Positions 9,382 through 19,185 of a stretch of DNA of 64,000 nt are shown piece by piece. Under the pieces are notes generated by a model, which searched no databases, was not told where the DNA came from, and saw only the letters and a list, made by a program, of their open reading frames with translations. Origin of the DNA: Dehalococcoidia bacterium (GTDB lineage Bacteria; Chloroflexota; Dehalococcoidia; DSTF01; RBG-16-68-14); NCBI GenBank assembly GCA_040882355.1, contig JBBEBM010000062.1:982-64981 (forward strand), given 5' to 3'. How positions within the stretch are numbered: the first letter of the stretch is position 1; each line of letters opens with the position of its first letter. Position numbers and translations under genes: made by a program.

Positions 9382-10011
9382 ATGACGGAGCCCTTCGACG
9401 AAGCCGATCTGATCGAGCGCAGCCGCCGGGGCGACCTGGATGCGTTCAACGCGCTCGTGCTCGCGCATCAGGATCGCGTCTACAACCTCTGCCTGCGCAT
9501 GCTCGGTTCGCCTCAAGCAGCGGAGGACGCGGCGCAGGAGACGTTCATCTCGGCCTACCGCCACGTGGAACGGCTTCGCGGGCCCAGCCTGAGCTCCTGG
9601 CTGCTACGCATCGCCAGCAACGCCTGCGTCGACGAGCTGCGCCGGCTCAAGCGCCGGCCGCAGGTCCCGCTCGGGGCGCCGGATGCGGACGATGACGCTC
9701 CGGCGTACGAGATCGCTGACCCGGTCGAAGGGCCGGAGGGGCTCGCTCTGCGCGGTGAGGTGTGCGACGCCCTCCAGCGCGAGCTGCTGCGGCTGCCGCC
9801 CGACCAGCGCCTGGCGATCATCCTCAGCGACGTCGAGGGCCTGAGCTACGAGGAGGTCGCTGCGAGCATGAGCAGCTCGATCGGCACAGTGAAGTCGCGC
9901 ATCAGCCGCGGCCGCGCCCGGCTGCGCGAGGCGCTCAGGACGCAGTCGGAACTCTTTGGCGATCAGATTCGTCCTACTACTAAGGGCCGGACCGCCGGCG
10001 AGGAGGACTAG
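9382..10011 (+). CDS. ECF (sigma-70 family group IV) RNA polymerase sigma factor
   Basis: Region 2 (DLIERSRRGDLDAFNALVLAHQDRVYNLCLRMLG ... AEDAAQETFISAYR) and region 4 (EGLSYEEVAASMSSSIGTVKSRISRGRARL). ATG at 9382. The listed TTG at 9334 is probably upstream extension. A TAGAAT -10-like hexamer lies at 9353-9358. Confidence 0.85.
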   Translation: MTEPFDEADLIERSRRGDLDAFNALVLAHQDRVYNLCLRMLGSPQAAEDAAQETFISAYRHVERLRGPSLSSWLLRIASNACVDELRRLKRRPQVPLGAPDADDDAPAYEIADPVEGPEGLALRGEVCDALQRELLRLPPDQRLAIILSDVEGLSYEEVAASMSSSIGTVKSRISRGRARLREALRTQSELFGDQIRPTTKGRTAGEED

Positions 10012-10015
10012 CATC

Positions 10016-10804
10016 TTGTTCTGGCGACAGCGCCACCAGGTTGACGACGCGACGCTCAACGCCTTCGTCGATGGCGAGCTCGGCGAGGCGGAGCGTGTCC
10101 GCGTCGATGCGCACATTGAAACGTGCGCCGCCTGCGCCGCCACGGTCGATGAGCTGCGCTCGCTCGGCGCGACGCTGAGCGAGCTGCCCCGCGCCCGCGC
10201 GCCGCGATCGTTCGCCCTGCGGGAGGGCGACGTTCGCCAGCAGCCCGCGCCGAGGTGGGAGGTCGTCTGGCGGCGCTGGCAGCCGGCGCTCAGCGGCGTC
10301 GCTGTGACCGCCTTCGCCGCCTTCTTCTTGCTAGTGGGCGTCGATGTCTTCGGTGCGCCTTCGAGGTCCGGCGGCGATCTGCTGACCGCCGGGGAAGACG
10401 CTGAGGCGCCGGCAGCGGAGGCGACAGGCGTCGCGGGCGAGCTCCAGGAGCCAGACACCGCGAGCGGCGCGGAAGCCGATGACGCCGCCAACGATCGTGA
10501 GGTACCCGATACGCAGTACAATGACGGGCTCTCCCCAGCAGCGCCGACGTCGCTGGCGCCGGATGGCAATGATTCGGCTCCGGATGGTGAAGCCGACGAT
10601 AGAGGCCCCTCCGGTTTCATCGCGCAGCCCGGTTCCTCACCCGAGGGGCCAGTGCCGAGCCCCGAGTCGTCACCGACTACTGACAGCAACGGGGGCGGCG
10701 GCGGCGACGTGGGTCTTCGCGTGGCGGAGGGCGTGACCGCGGCGGTCGCTCTGACTGCGGGCGGCTCGCTCGCGTTCGTCTGGTGGCGGCGACGCACCGA
10801 CTAG
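10016..10804 (+). CDS. Membrane anti-sigma factor (zinc-finger type, HxxxCxxC) with acidic/Pro-rich extracytoplasmic tail and C-terminal hydrophobic segment
   Basis: TTG at 10016, 9 nt after AGGAGGA, 4 nt after the sigma stop. HIETCAACA zinc motif, one central TM, a D/E/P/S/G-rich low-complexity C-terminal region and a terminal hydrophobic stretch. Confidence 0.7.
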   Translation: MFWRQRHQVDDATLNAFVDGELGEAERVRVDAHIETCAACAATVDELRSLGATLSELPRARAPRSFALREGDVRQQPAPRWEVVWRRWQPALSGVAVTAFAAFFLLVGVDVFGAPSRSGGDLLTAGEDAEAPAAEATGVAGELQEPDTASGAEADDAANDREVPDTQYNDGLSPAAPTSLAPDGNDSAPDGEADDRGPSGFIAQPGSSPEGPVPSPESSPTTDSNGGGGGDVGLRVAEGVTAAVALTAGGSLAFVWWRRRTD

Positions 10805-10858
10805 CCTGCTCCACGGTCGAGTGCTAGCCTGAGCGAGGCGGGAGACCGCCGCCTGCAC

Positions 10859-12076
10859 ATGCGCTCGCTCATCGCTCGCTGGGGAGCCTGGCTCCTGCTC
10901 GTGACCATCGTGTCCATCTGCCTGGCGGGCGCCTGGGCGCTCTCGCTCGCCACTCCGCTGCCCGCCGGCGACGAGTTCAACGTGCTCCGCTGGGAGCTGG
11001 AGCACGTCCCGAACAAGTGGCTCTACCTCACGGACCGCTTCTTCACCGGCCGGCTCTCTTCGCGGGAAGAAGACGAGCGCCTGGGGCGCTATCTCCTCCT
11101 CACGGCCCGGATCCAGCAGACCGAGCGCGCGCTGGCGGACGAAGCCGCACCCTCCGACGACCCTCGGCGCGATGAAGTCGCGCGCCTTCGCAGCGAGCGC
11201 GATTCGCTTGAGAACGATGTGGAGGCGGCGATCGAGGGACGGCTCACGGCCGTGCTTGAGGACGAGGGCCTGGAGTCGTCCTTTCCGTTGTTCCCCGACT
11301 TCCGCTGGGCCTTTCCTCCGGTCGATTTCGAGCTCGACCAGCCGCTCCTCACGCTTGTCCTGTCGCACCGAGATCGCGTCGAGCTGATCGACCAGCGGCC
11401 GCTTCAGCAAGGCCTGTCGCTTGAGCAGGTCGTGGACATCGAAGGGGCGGAAGAGGCGGACGGCGCGCGCTCGGCGCTCGTGCTAGGCGTGGCGGGCGCG
11501 GCGACGTATCCGAGCATCGTCGCGCCGCGGGCCGGCTATCAGGACCTTGCCGAGACCGTAGCCCACGAGTGGGTGCACCACTATCTCGCCTTCCAACCGC
11601 TCGGCCAACGCTACTTCGCCAGCCTGGAGCTGAAGACGCTGAACGAAACGGTCGCCAACATCGCGGGTAAGGAGCTCGGCGCGCTCCTGGTCGGGCGCTA
11701 TCCGCTGCCGGGCGACGTCGCAGCCGAGCTGGCGCTGCTCAATCCGGAGCCGTCCGTCGATCCGAGTCCCGTCCTGCGTCAGCTCCGCCTGGATGTCGAG
11801 GCGCTGCTGGGGGAGGGTCTGGTCGACGAGGCCGAGGGGCTGATGGAGCGCCGCCGCCTCGAGCTGGAGGATGGAGGCGTGAGGTTCCGCCGGATCAACC
11901 AGGCGTTCTTCGCCTTTCGTGATGTGTACGCGGACGACCCGTCGTCCATCGACCCGATCGGGCTGAAACTGCTCACGCTGCGTCAGCGCGAAGGGTCGGC
12001 AGAAGGCTTCCTGCGCGAGGCGGCGCGACTCACGAGCGGCGGCGAGCTGGACGAGCTGCTCTCGGGCGGGGACTAG
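10859..12076 (+). CDS. Membrane-anchored protein with HExxH motif (HEWVH), putative zinc metallopeptidase of unassigned family
   Basis: N-terminal TM (WLLLVTIVSICLAGAWALSL), a coiled/charged region, and ETVAHEWVHHY. No named family recognised. Confidence 0.55.
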   Translation: MRSLIARWGAWLLLVTIVSICLAGAWALSLATPLPAGDEFNVLRWELEHVPNKWLYLTDRFFTGRLSSREEDERLGRYLLLTARIQQTERALADEAAPSDDPRRDEVARLRSERDSLENDVEAAIEGRLTAVLEDEGLESSFPLFPDFRWAFPPVDFELDQPLLTLVLSHRDRVELIDQRPLQQGLSLEQVVDIEGAEEADGARSALVLGVAGAATYPSIVAPRAGYQDLAETVAHEWVHHYLAFQPLGQRYFASLELKTLNETVANIAGKELGALLVGRYPLPGDVAAELALLNPEPSVDPSPVLRQLRLDVEALLGEGLVDEAEGLMERRRLELEDGGVRFRRINQAFFAFRDVYADDPSSIDPIGLKLLTLRQREGSAEGFLREAARLTSGGELDELLSGGD

Positions 12077-14178
12077 GCGTGGAGGTGGTAGGGCACGTCG
12101 ATGACGATGGTGTTCGGCCGGTGCATGAGCTCCTTCTTCAGCCGGATCGCCGACTGGTTGTGGAGCAGCCCTTCCCAGAAGTGAGCCGGGACGAATTCCG
12201 GGATGACGACCGTGATGTACGCGCCAGGATCGACGCGGTCCAGCGCGTCGATGTAGGTGAGCATCGGCGCGATGAACGACCGGTAGGGCGACTCGATCAC
12301 GACCAACGCCGCCTCGGGCACGAGCTCTTCCCAGCGCTCGCGGAAGCGCTCGCCCTCCTCGCGGTCGTCGGTGATGTGGACGGCCGTCACGTTGTCGGAG
12401 ATCGTGCGGGCGTACTCGACCGTGCGCAGCACCGCCCGGTTCACCTCGTCCACGGGGACGAGCACCGGCCGCTCGCGGTAGCGGTCGGTCTGCGGCGCGA
12501 ACGGCGCCCGGGCTGCGCCGTCCACAACCCGGAGTTGCTCCGCGACGTCCTGATAGTGACGGGATACGCGGCTGAACAAGAAGGCGAAGGCCGCGATGGC
12601 GGCGATCGTGAGCCACGCGCCGTCCACGAACTTGGTCGCGGCGATGATGATCGTAACGACACCCGTGGCGATCGCGCCTACCGCGTTGATCGCCAGGCTC
12701 ACCTTCGAACCCGGCGACGGTTCGCGCAGCCAGTGCACGATCATGCCAGTCTGGGAGAGCGTGAAGCCGGTGAACACGCCGACGGCGTACAGCGGGATTA
12801 GCCGGTGCGTATCGGCGCCGAACGCGACGAGCAGCGCCATCGATCCCAGCCCGAGGACGACGATGCCATACGAGAACGCGAGCCGGTCGCCACGAAACGC
12901 GAACTGGCGCGGCAGGAACCGGTCTCGCGCCATCACGGAGCCGAGCGCAGGCAGTCCGGCGAAGCTCGTGTTCGCGGCGAGGATCAGGATCATCGTCGTG
13001 GTTACCTGGACGATGTAGAAGAACACGGTCTCGCCGAAGACCCCGTCCGCCACCTGCGCCACGATCGTCCTGCCGTCTGCCGGCCTCGCGTCCAGCTCGT
13101 GCGCGAGTACGGTCAGACCGAGGAAGAAGAACGCCAGGATGGCGGCCATCCAGGCCAGCGTGATGTTGGCGTTGCGCGCCTCAGGGGGCTTGAACGAGGG
13201 CACGCCGTTCGAGATCGCCTCGATTCCGGTGAGCGCTGCGGAGCCGGATGAGAACGCGCGCAAGATGAGGAAGAGCCCCATCGCTTGAGTGCCCTCCGCA
13301 ATCGGCTCAGATGGCGTCCCCGCTGAGAGGTCGTGTCCCAGCGCGAGCCGGACTAGCCCGGTGAGGATCAGCGCTGTAATGCTGACGATGAAGGCGTACG
13401 CCGGCAACGCGAAGATCGTGCCCGATTCACGGATGCCGCGCAGGTTGGCCAGCGTGAGCACCGCCACGCAGCCGACGGCCAGCTCGATGCGCAGGTCGTG
13501 CAGCTCAGGGAACGCGGAAATGATCGCGGCCACGCCTGCCGCCGTGCTCACCGCAACGGTTAGCGTGTAGTCGACGACGAGCGAGGCCCCCGCGATGAGA
13601 CCGGGCACTACGCCGAGGTTCTCTTGCGCCACCGCGTACGAGCCGCCGCCGTTTGGGTAGCCCCGAATCACCTGGCTGTACGACAGGGCCACAACGACCA
13701 CAAGCAGTGAAATGGTCAACGCGATGGGCACTGAGAGGTAGAAGTACGAGGTGCCGACAAGGAGGAGGACCAGCAGGATCTCTTCCGTGGCGTATGCGCT
13801 GGAGGAGAGCATGTCGGACGAGAAGATGGCCAGGGCCTTGAGCTTGCTCAGCCGCTCTTCGATGAGCCGAGCTGTCGAAAGCGGAGCGCCCACGACCAGG
13901 CGCTTGAAGCTCCGCCAGACCGCCTCCGTCGCGCTACGCGGGCGGGTGGCGACTTCGGTGGCGCGGTAGCCGCCCTCCTCAGTCCGTTCGAAGGCTCGTT
14001 CGCGGCGGGGCGTCAGCCGGACGTAGCGGGAGCCGGGCTTGGTGCCCTTCCGGATCTCGCGCAGCTCAAGGTCGGGGGCCGTCGCGTCCGCACGCGGCAC
14101 GCGAAAGCGACCGTACTGCTCCAGGTCCTCGTCTGGGCGCTGCTCCCCTTCCGGCTGCTCGTCGTCGGTCGTCATCAC
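12073..14178 (-). CDS. APC-superfamily amino acid permease with about 230-aa C-terminal cytoplasmic domain
   Basis: Hydrophilic N-terminus of about 110 aa, a 12-TM core with an APC-like signature (GGSYAVAQENLG, GIRESG) and a long C-terminal soluble domain. Confidence 0.8.
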   Translation of the reverse strand: MMTTDDEQPEGEQRPDEDLEQYGRFRVPRADATAPDLELREIRKGTKPGSRYVRLTPRRERAFERTEEGGYRATEVATRPRSATEAVWRSFKRLVVGAPLSTARLIEERLSKLKALAIFSSDMLSSSAYATEEILLVLLLVGTSYFYLSVPIALTISLLVVVVALSYSQVIRGYPNGGGSYAVAQENLGVVPGLIAGASLVVDYTLTVAVSTAAGVAAIISAFPELHDLRIELAVGCVAVLTLANLRGIRESGTIFALPAYAFIVSITALILTGLVRLALGHDLSAGTPSEPIAEGTQAMGLFLILRAFSSGSAALTGIEAISNGVPSFKPPEARNANITLAWMAAILAFFFLGLTVLAHELDARPADGRTIVAQVADGVFGETVFFYIVQVTTTMILILAANTSFAGLPALGSVMARDRFLPRQFAFRGDRLAFSYGIVVLGLGSMALLVAFGADTHRLIPLYAVGVFTGFTLSQTGMIVHWLREPSPGSKVSLAINAVGAIATGVVTIIIAATKFVDGAWLTIAAIAAFAFLFSRVSRHYQDVAEQLRVVDGAARAPFAPQTDRYRERPVLVPVDEVNRAVLRTVEYARTISDNVTAVHITDDREEGERFRERWEELVPEAALVVIESPYRSFIAPMLTYIDALDRVDPGAYITVVIPEFVPAHFWEGLLHNQSAIRLKKELMHRPNTIVIDVPYHLHA

Positions 14179-14259
14179 ACGGGCGAGCCGTCAGGCTAGC
14201 ACGGGCACATTATCGCGCACGGGGCGCGCTCGATCATCAGGGAACGCGCTCGAATGTTG

Positions 14260-17085
14260 CTAGTCGAATGGGCCGCCTCGCGGGCGGCCGGGCCCATTCC
14301 CAGGTGGCGTGGCGATGGGTGTCGGATTGGGCTTGGGGTCGGGCGGGTCAGGAACGCCGGCGACCACGCCCACGCTTACCTGCGTGCCGATCTCACCCCG
14401 GTCCCGGTCAACGATGATCAGGCGAATGATGTAGAAGCCCGCGTCAAGGTTGCGCGTGTCCCAGGTGCCGAGCAGGCCGTCGGCGACGGGCTGGTTGCTG
14501 CTCGCGATCGGCCACCAGCGGTCCGGATCGGCCAGGTTCGAATACTCCAGCCGGTACGAGTCGAAGTTCGACGAGCGCGCCCGCCCGAAGATGTCGACCT
14601 GGCCCACGACTTGCGTGCCGTTCGCCGGCGAGGTGATCGCGATCGGGATGTCGGCGTCCGTGGTGCGCTCCGTCGGCGCCGCGCCGACGGAGCCCCCGAC
14701 GATCTGCGCCCACTCCTCCGCCTGCTGCCGCTGGAACGGCGGCGTGTCCGCGGGCAGCGTCAGGAAGAAGCGGTACTGCAGCTCCTCCGGGGGCGTGATC
14801 TCGCTTGCCAGCTTGTTGCTGCGCCGGTCGATGGCGACGCGCTCCCACATCGGGTCGTCGCCGCCCTGCTTCTGGCCTGGCTGCTGGCCTTCGGGCGTGG
14901 GCGCCGCTGTCGGGGTCGGGCCGCCCTGCAGCTCCGGCGGTAGCGCCGACTTCGCGAAGTAGTCCTCCGGCGTGAGCCGCGGGCAGTCGGACGTGGGCTT
15001 GTAGTTGGAGACGACGCAAAGCTGCGCCTTGACGAGGCCCTCAGGCTGCTGGAACTGCTCGACGGGCAGCTCTTTGTGGAACTCCGTCATGAACGCGCGC
15101 ACGATCGGCCACGAAACAGTCGTGCTGAATGCCTGCACCACCAGAGGGCTGTTGTCAGCGTTGCCGAACCAGTTGCCGACGACGATCTGGGGCGTGAAGG
15201 CGAACGTCCACGTGTCGCCGGTGGCGCTGCTGTTCGCGTAGGGGGCGCTGGTGCCGGTTTTGGCGGCGAGCGGCCGGTTGTCCGGGATGCTCAGCGTGCC
15301 GCAGCCGAACACCATGCATTCGGCCTGCGGGTCGGCGAGGATGTCTGAGACGAAGTACGCCGCCTCCGGCGAGAGGACCGGCTCCTCCTGCACGACCGGG
15401 CCGTCCAGCTTCGGCTGCCCGTCCGCGATCGGGTAGAGCACGTTACCCTTGTTGTCCTCGACCTTCAGCACGGCGATCGGGTCGAGCGTGCGGTTGCCCG
15501 GCGGCAGATCGAGCGTCGTCGGCACGCCCTTCAGCTTACCGAGGTTGGGGAAGACGGTGTAGGCGTAGGCGAGGTCGATCAGCCGCACGTCGCCGCCGCC
15601 GGTGGTGAAGGCGGGCCCGATCCGCTTGTTGTCCAGGTTCGTCAGGCCCATCTTCTTTGCCTGGGTCCTGACCTCCTCGACCCCGGCGTACATCATCGCC
15701 TTGACGGCCGTAGCGTTGATCGAGTTACCGAGCGCCTCGCGGATCGTCATCGGCCCCGTATTGTCGCGAGGGCCTCGCGGCCGGAAGGGCGTGCCGCTGC
15801 CGTCGTCGATCGAGATCGACGTGTTCAGGATCATGCTGCCCGGACCCCAGCCCAGGTTGTTCATGGCCGTGGCATACGTCACCGGCTTGAAGGCGGAGCC
15901 TGGCGAGTTCTCCGCCTTGGCCATGTCGTTGCGGCCCTGGATCTCGTCGTTGAAGTAGTCGCGGCTGCCGACGTAGACGAGGATCTGCTCGGTCTTCGGG
16001 TCGATCGCGACAAGCGCGCCGTTGCGGCCCTGGGTGTAGGCCGCGGCGCTGATCTCCTCCTCCAGGATCGCCTGGGCGCGGTCCTGCCAGTCGAGGTCGA
16101 GCGTCGTCGTGACGCGCAGGCCATCTCGCACCACGGCTTCCGCGCCGAACGTCTGCTCGAGCCAGGGCTCGACGTAGTTGAAGACGAAGTGGGGCGCGCT
16201 GACGTCGAGCTCCTTCGGGTTGAGCACGATACCCGGGATCGCCGCGTCGAAGAGCTGCTCCGGAGTGAGGTATCCCTCCTCGAACATCCGGCGGAGGACG
16301 ATGTTGCGTTGGTTTTGCGCGGCCGCCTCGTTGTTGATCGGGTCGTAGCAGCTCGGGCAGCGCGGGATGGCGGCAAGCAGCGCCGCCTCGCCCAGCGTCA
16401 AGTTCCACGCGTCCTTGCTGAAGTAGCCCTGGCTGGCGGCCTGCGCGCCGACGTAGACGTTCCCGTATGAGATCTGGTTCAGGTACCACTCCATGATCTG
16501 GTTCTTGTCGTAGCGCTTCGTCAGCTCCAGCGCGTAGACCGTCTCCTTCAGCTTGCGGGTGATGCTTCGCTCGGAACGCTCCTCCTGCGTGAAGTAGATG
16601 TTCTTGACGAGCTGCTGCGTGATCGAGCTGCCGCCGCGCCCCTCGAGGAAGCCCGGCCGGTCGCTCCAAGGCGAGAAGTTGTCCCAGGCGGCGGCGGACA
16701 ACCCCTTGTAGTTGATGCCCGGGTTGTCGAAGAAGGTCGTGTCCTCCATCGCCACGGTGGCGAGCACGAGGTACAGGGAGATCTGGTCGAGCGGGACGGG
16801 GTCGCGCAGGCCGGAATCGCCAAGGTACTGATAGAGCGGCTTGCCGTTGCGGTCGAGGACCAGCGCGCCGCCCTGCGATTGCTTCGCCAGCGCCTCGTCG
16901 GGCGGGATCAGGTCGTTCGCGTAGCTCTGGTAGACGCCGAAGCCCACGCCGGCCATGATCGCCAGCGACAGCACGAAGAGTCCGCCGAGCGCGGCGAGCG
17001 CGATCAGCCAGCGCGGCGTGCGCCTGGCGTCGCGCCGGCGACGCCGACCGGCCGCGAACTTGTGGTACGCGCCGTTCTTAGCCAT
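14260..17085 (-). CDS. Class A penicillin-binding protein (PBP1A-type transglycosylase/transpeptidase) with C-terminal Pro-rich/Ig-like extension
   Basis: N-terminal TM. GT51 motifs (EDTTFFDNPGINYKG, RGGSSITQQLVKN), transpeptidase motifs SAFKP and KTG, and an approximately 200-aa C-terminal extension. Confidence 0.9.
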   Translation of the reverse strand: MAKNGAYHKFAAGRRRRRDARRTPRWLIALAALGGLFVLSLAIMAGVGFGVYQSYANDLIPPDEALAKQSQGGALVLDRNGKPLYQYLGDSGLRDPVPLDQISLYLVLATVAMEDTTFFDNPGINYKGLSAAAWDNFSPWSDRPGFLEGRGGSSITQQLVKNIYFTQEERSERSITRKLKETVYALELTKRYDKNQIMEWYLNQISYGNVYVGAQAASQGYFSKDAWNLTLGEAALLAAIPRCPSCYDPINNEAAAQNQRNIVLRRMFEEGYLTPEQLFDAAIPGIVLNPKELDVSAPHFVFNYVEPWLEQTFGAEAVVRDGLRVTTTLDLDWQDRAQAILEEEISAAAYTQGRNGALVAIDPKTEQILVYVGSRDYFNDEIQGRNDMAKAENSPGSAFKPVTYATAMNNLGWGPGSMILNTSISIDDGSGTPFRPRGPRDNTGPMTIREALGNSINATAVKAMMYAGVEEVRTQAKKMGLTNLDNKRIGPAFTTGGGDVRLIDLAYAYTVFPNLGKLKGVPTTLDLPPGNRTLDPIAVLKVEDNKGNVLYPIADGQPKLDGPVVQEEPVLSPEAAYFVSDILADPQAECMVFGCGTLSIPDNRPLAAKTGTSAPYANSSATGDTWTFAFTPQIVVGNWFGNADNSPLVVQAFSTTVSWPIVRAFMTEFHKELPVEQFQQPEGLVKAQLCVVSNYKPTSDCPRLTPEDYFAKSALPPELQGGPTPTAAPTPEGQQPGQKQGGDDPMWERVAIDRRSNKLASEITPPEELQYRFFLTLPADTPPFQRQQAEEWAQIVGGSVGAAPTERTTDADIPIAITSPANGTQVVGQVDIFGRARSSNFDSYRLEYSNLADPDRWWPIASSNQPVADGLLGTWDTRNLDAGFYIIRLIIVDRDRGEIGTQVSVGVVAGVPDPPDPKPNPTPIATPPGNGPGRPRGGPFD

Positions 17086-17183
17086 GGCTAGACCTGAGGG
17101 CTCCAGGCACAGCTTCGCCGCCCACCCTGCTCGCGTTGCTCGCCTGCGTGTGCCTTATGCAAGTCGTTGGTTTGAGAAGTCCT

Positions 17184-17396
17184 CTATCCCGCCGCTTTGA
17201 GCTGGCTGCGCAGACACCGGGTGCAGAGCCGCATTCGCACCGACCGGCCGTCGCGCCAGACCGCCTGCCGGTGCAGGTTTGGGCGGTAGGTGCGGTTGGT
17301 GCGGGGGGCCTTGCGCTGCCAACGGCCGGAGTGCTTGTGGCGGATGTTCCGGCCGAAGGTGGTGCCCTTCTTACAGATGTCGCACTGCGCTGGCAT
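17184..17396 (-). CDS. rpmB: 50S ribosomal protein L28
   Basis: 70 aa, MPAQCDICKKGTTFGRNIRHKHSGRWQRKAPRTNRTYRPNL, canonical L28 N-terminus and length. Confidence 0.9.
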   Translation of the reverse strand: MPAQCDICKKGTTFGRNIRHKHSGRWQRKAPRTNRTYRPNLHRQAVWRDGRSVRMRLCTRCLRSQLKAAG

Positions 17397-17574
17397 CGAA
17401 TCTCCTGCCTCGCTCGGATGCTTGCTCCCCTGGGCGAACGAGGGTTAGAATTCGATACCAATAGTAGCAAGGCTGGGAGCAGGGAACAACCCACGCATGT
17501 TCGATGGGCGCAGCACCTGACGACCTCACCCGAAGGGCCCAGCAGGGCGGGTGGCGTCGGGGGAGCGTGACCGG

Positions 17575-19185
17575 ATGACTGCTCTGGATGGCCGAACGCT
17601 GCGTCTGCTCTTCTCGGACGCCCTCAAGCTCCTCCAGCGCCACATCGAGGCGCTCAACGCCATCAACGTCTTCCCGGTACCTGACGGCGATACCGGCACG
17701 AACATGCATCTCACGCTGCGCGCCGGCATCGAAGAGCTCGATCGTGCGCCCGGCGACGATCTCCCTACCGTGGCGCATGCGTTAGCGCACGGGACGCTGA
17801 TGGGGGCGCGGGGCAACTCGGGCGTCATCCTTTCGCAGGTGCTGCGCGGCTTCGCCGAAGGGCTGGACGGCGAACACGAAGCGGACGGCCGGGCGCTCAG
17901 CCGAGCCTTCGGTGAGGCGGCCGAAGCGGCTTACGGCGCGCTCTCCGAGCCCCGCGAAGGCACGATCCTCACCGTCGTCCGCCAAACGGCGGAGGCGGTG
18001 GCGTCGGCGGCGCCGGCGACGGCGGAAGAGGCGCTCACGCTGGCTGCGTCGTCCGCGCGGGAGGCCGTCGAGCGGACGCCGGAGCTGCTACCGGTGCTGA
18101 AGGAGGCCGGCGTGGTCGACGCCGGTGGACTGGGGCTGGCGATCGTCCTCGAAGGGCTGCGCCGCTCGCTCGCCGGCGAGCCGCTGGACGTCGATCTCGC
18201 GCCGCAGTCCGCCGTCGAGGCAGGGTGGCGGAGCGAGGCCGCGTCGCTTCACCGGGACGATCACGGTGAAGGTGGCTACTGCACCGAGTTCATGGTGAGC
18301 GCGCCGGACATCGACCTGACGCCGGTCCGCGAGCGCCTGGGCGCGCTCGGCACGTCGCTGCTTGTCGTTGGACGCGGCGATCTGCTGCGCGTGCACGTGC
18401 ACACCAGCGAGCCGGACGACGTGCTGGCCTACGGTCGCTCGCTCGGTGAGATCTCGCAGGTCAAGGTGGACAACCTGGAGGCGCAGATCACGGAGTTCTT
18501 CGCGCTCGAGCCGGCGCCGCCCGTCAGCTCGAGCATCGATGTCGTGGCGGTTGCGGCGGGCGAAGGGATCGACGCGACGTTTCGCAGCGTCGGCGTGACG
18601 CACCTGGTGGAGGGCGGCCAGACGATGAACCCCAGCGCCGGCGAGATCCTGGCGGCGATCGACGCGTGTCCTGCCGGGCAGGTCGTCGTGCTGCCGAACA
18701 ACAAGAACATCGTCGCCGCCGCGCGTCAGGCTGCCGAACGCTCGTCGAAGCGCGTCGCCGTCGTGCCGACGCGCTCGGTGCCGCAGGGCATCGCCGCTGT
18801 GCTCGCCCTCAGCCCGGACCTGCCGTTCGAGAGCACGGTCGAGGCGATGGAGCGCGCGCTGACGTCGGTGCGTTCCGCGGAAGTGACGCGCGCCGTCCGC
18901 GCAACGACGCTCGATGGTCGGCGCGTCGCCATGGGGCAAGCGATCGCCATCGTCGATGGCAAGCTGGAGGTTGTTGCCGATGACCTCGACTCCGCCGTCC
19001 AGGCCTGCGTCGAAGCGATGCGCTCGCCGGAGTCGAGCCTGCTGACGATCTACGCCGGCCGCGACGTGCGCGAGGAGGACGCCGAAGCGCTGGCCGTGTC
19101 GCTGCGCGAGCGGTACCCTGACCTGGAGGTCGACTTGGTGCGCGGCGAGCAGCCCCACTACCCGTATCTCCTTTCGCTGGAATGA
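17575..19185 (+). CDS. DAK2-domain protein (YloV-like, dihydroxyacetone-kinase L-subunit fold)
   Basis: DAK2 N-terminal motifs (PVPDGDTGTNM, GARGNSGVILSQ) and a C-terminal DegV-like/YloV domain. ATG at 17575. Confidence 0.85.
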   Translation: MTALDGRTLRLLFSDALKLLQRHIEALNAINVFPVPDGDTGTNMHLTLRAGIEELDRAPGDDLPTVAHALAHGTLMGARGNSGVILSQVLRGFAEGLDGEHEADGRALSRAFGEAAEAAYGALSEPREGTILTVVRQTAEAVASAAPATAEEALTLAASSAREAVERTPELLPVLKEAGVVDAGGLGLAIVLEGLRRSLAGEPLDVDLAPQSAVEAGWRSEAASLHRDDHGEGGYCTEFMVSAPDIDLTPVRERLGALGTSLLVVGRGDLLRVHVHTSEPDDVLAYGRSLGEISQVKVDNLEAQITEFFALEPAPPVSSSIDVVAVAAGEGIDATFRSVGVTHLVEGGQTMNPSAGEILAAIDACPAGQVVVLPNNKNIVAAARQAAERSSKRVAVVPTRSVPQGIAAVLALSPDLPFESTVEAMERALTSVRSAEVTRAVRATTLDGRRVAMGQAIAIVDGKLEVVADDLDSAVQACVEAMRSPESSLLTIYAGRDVREEDAEALAVSLRERYPDLEVDLVRGEQPHYPYLLSLE

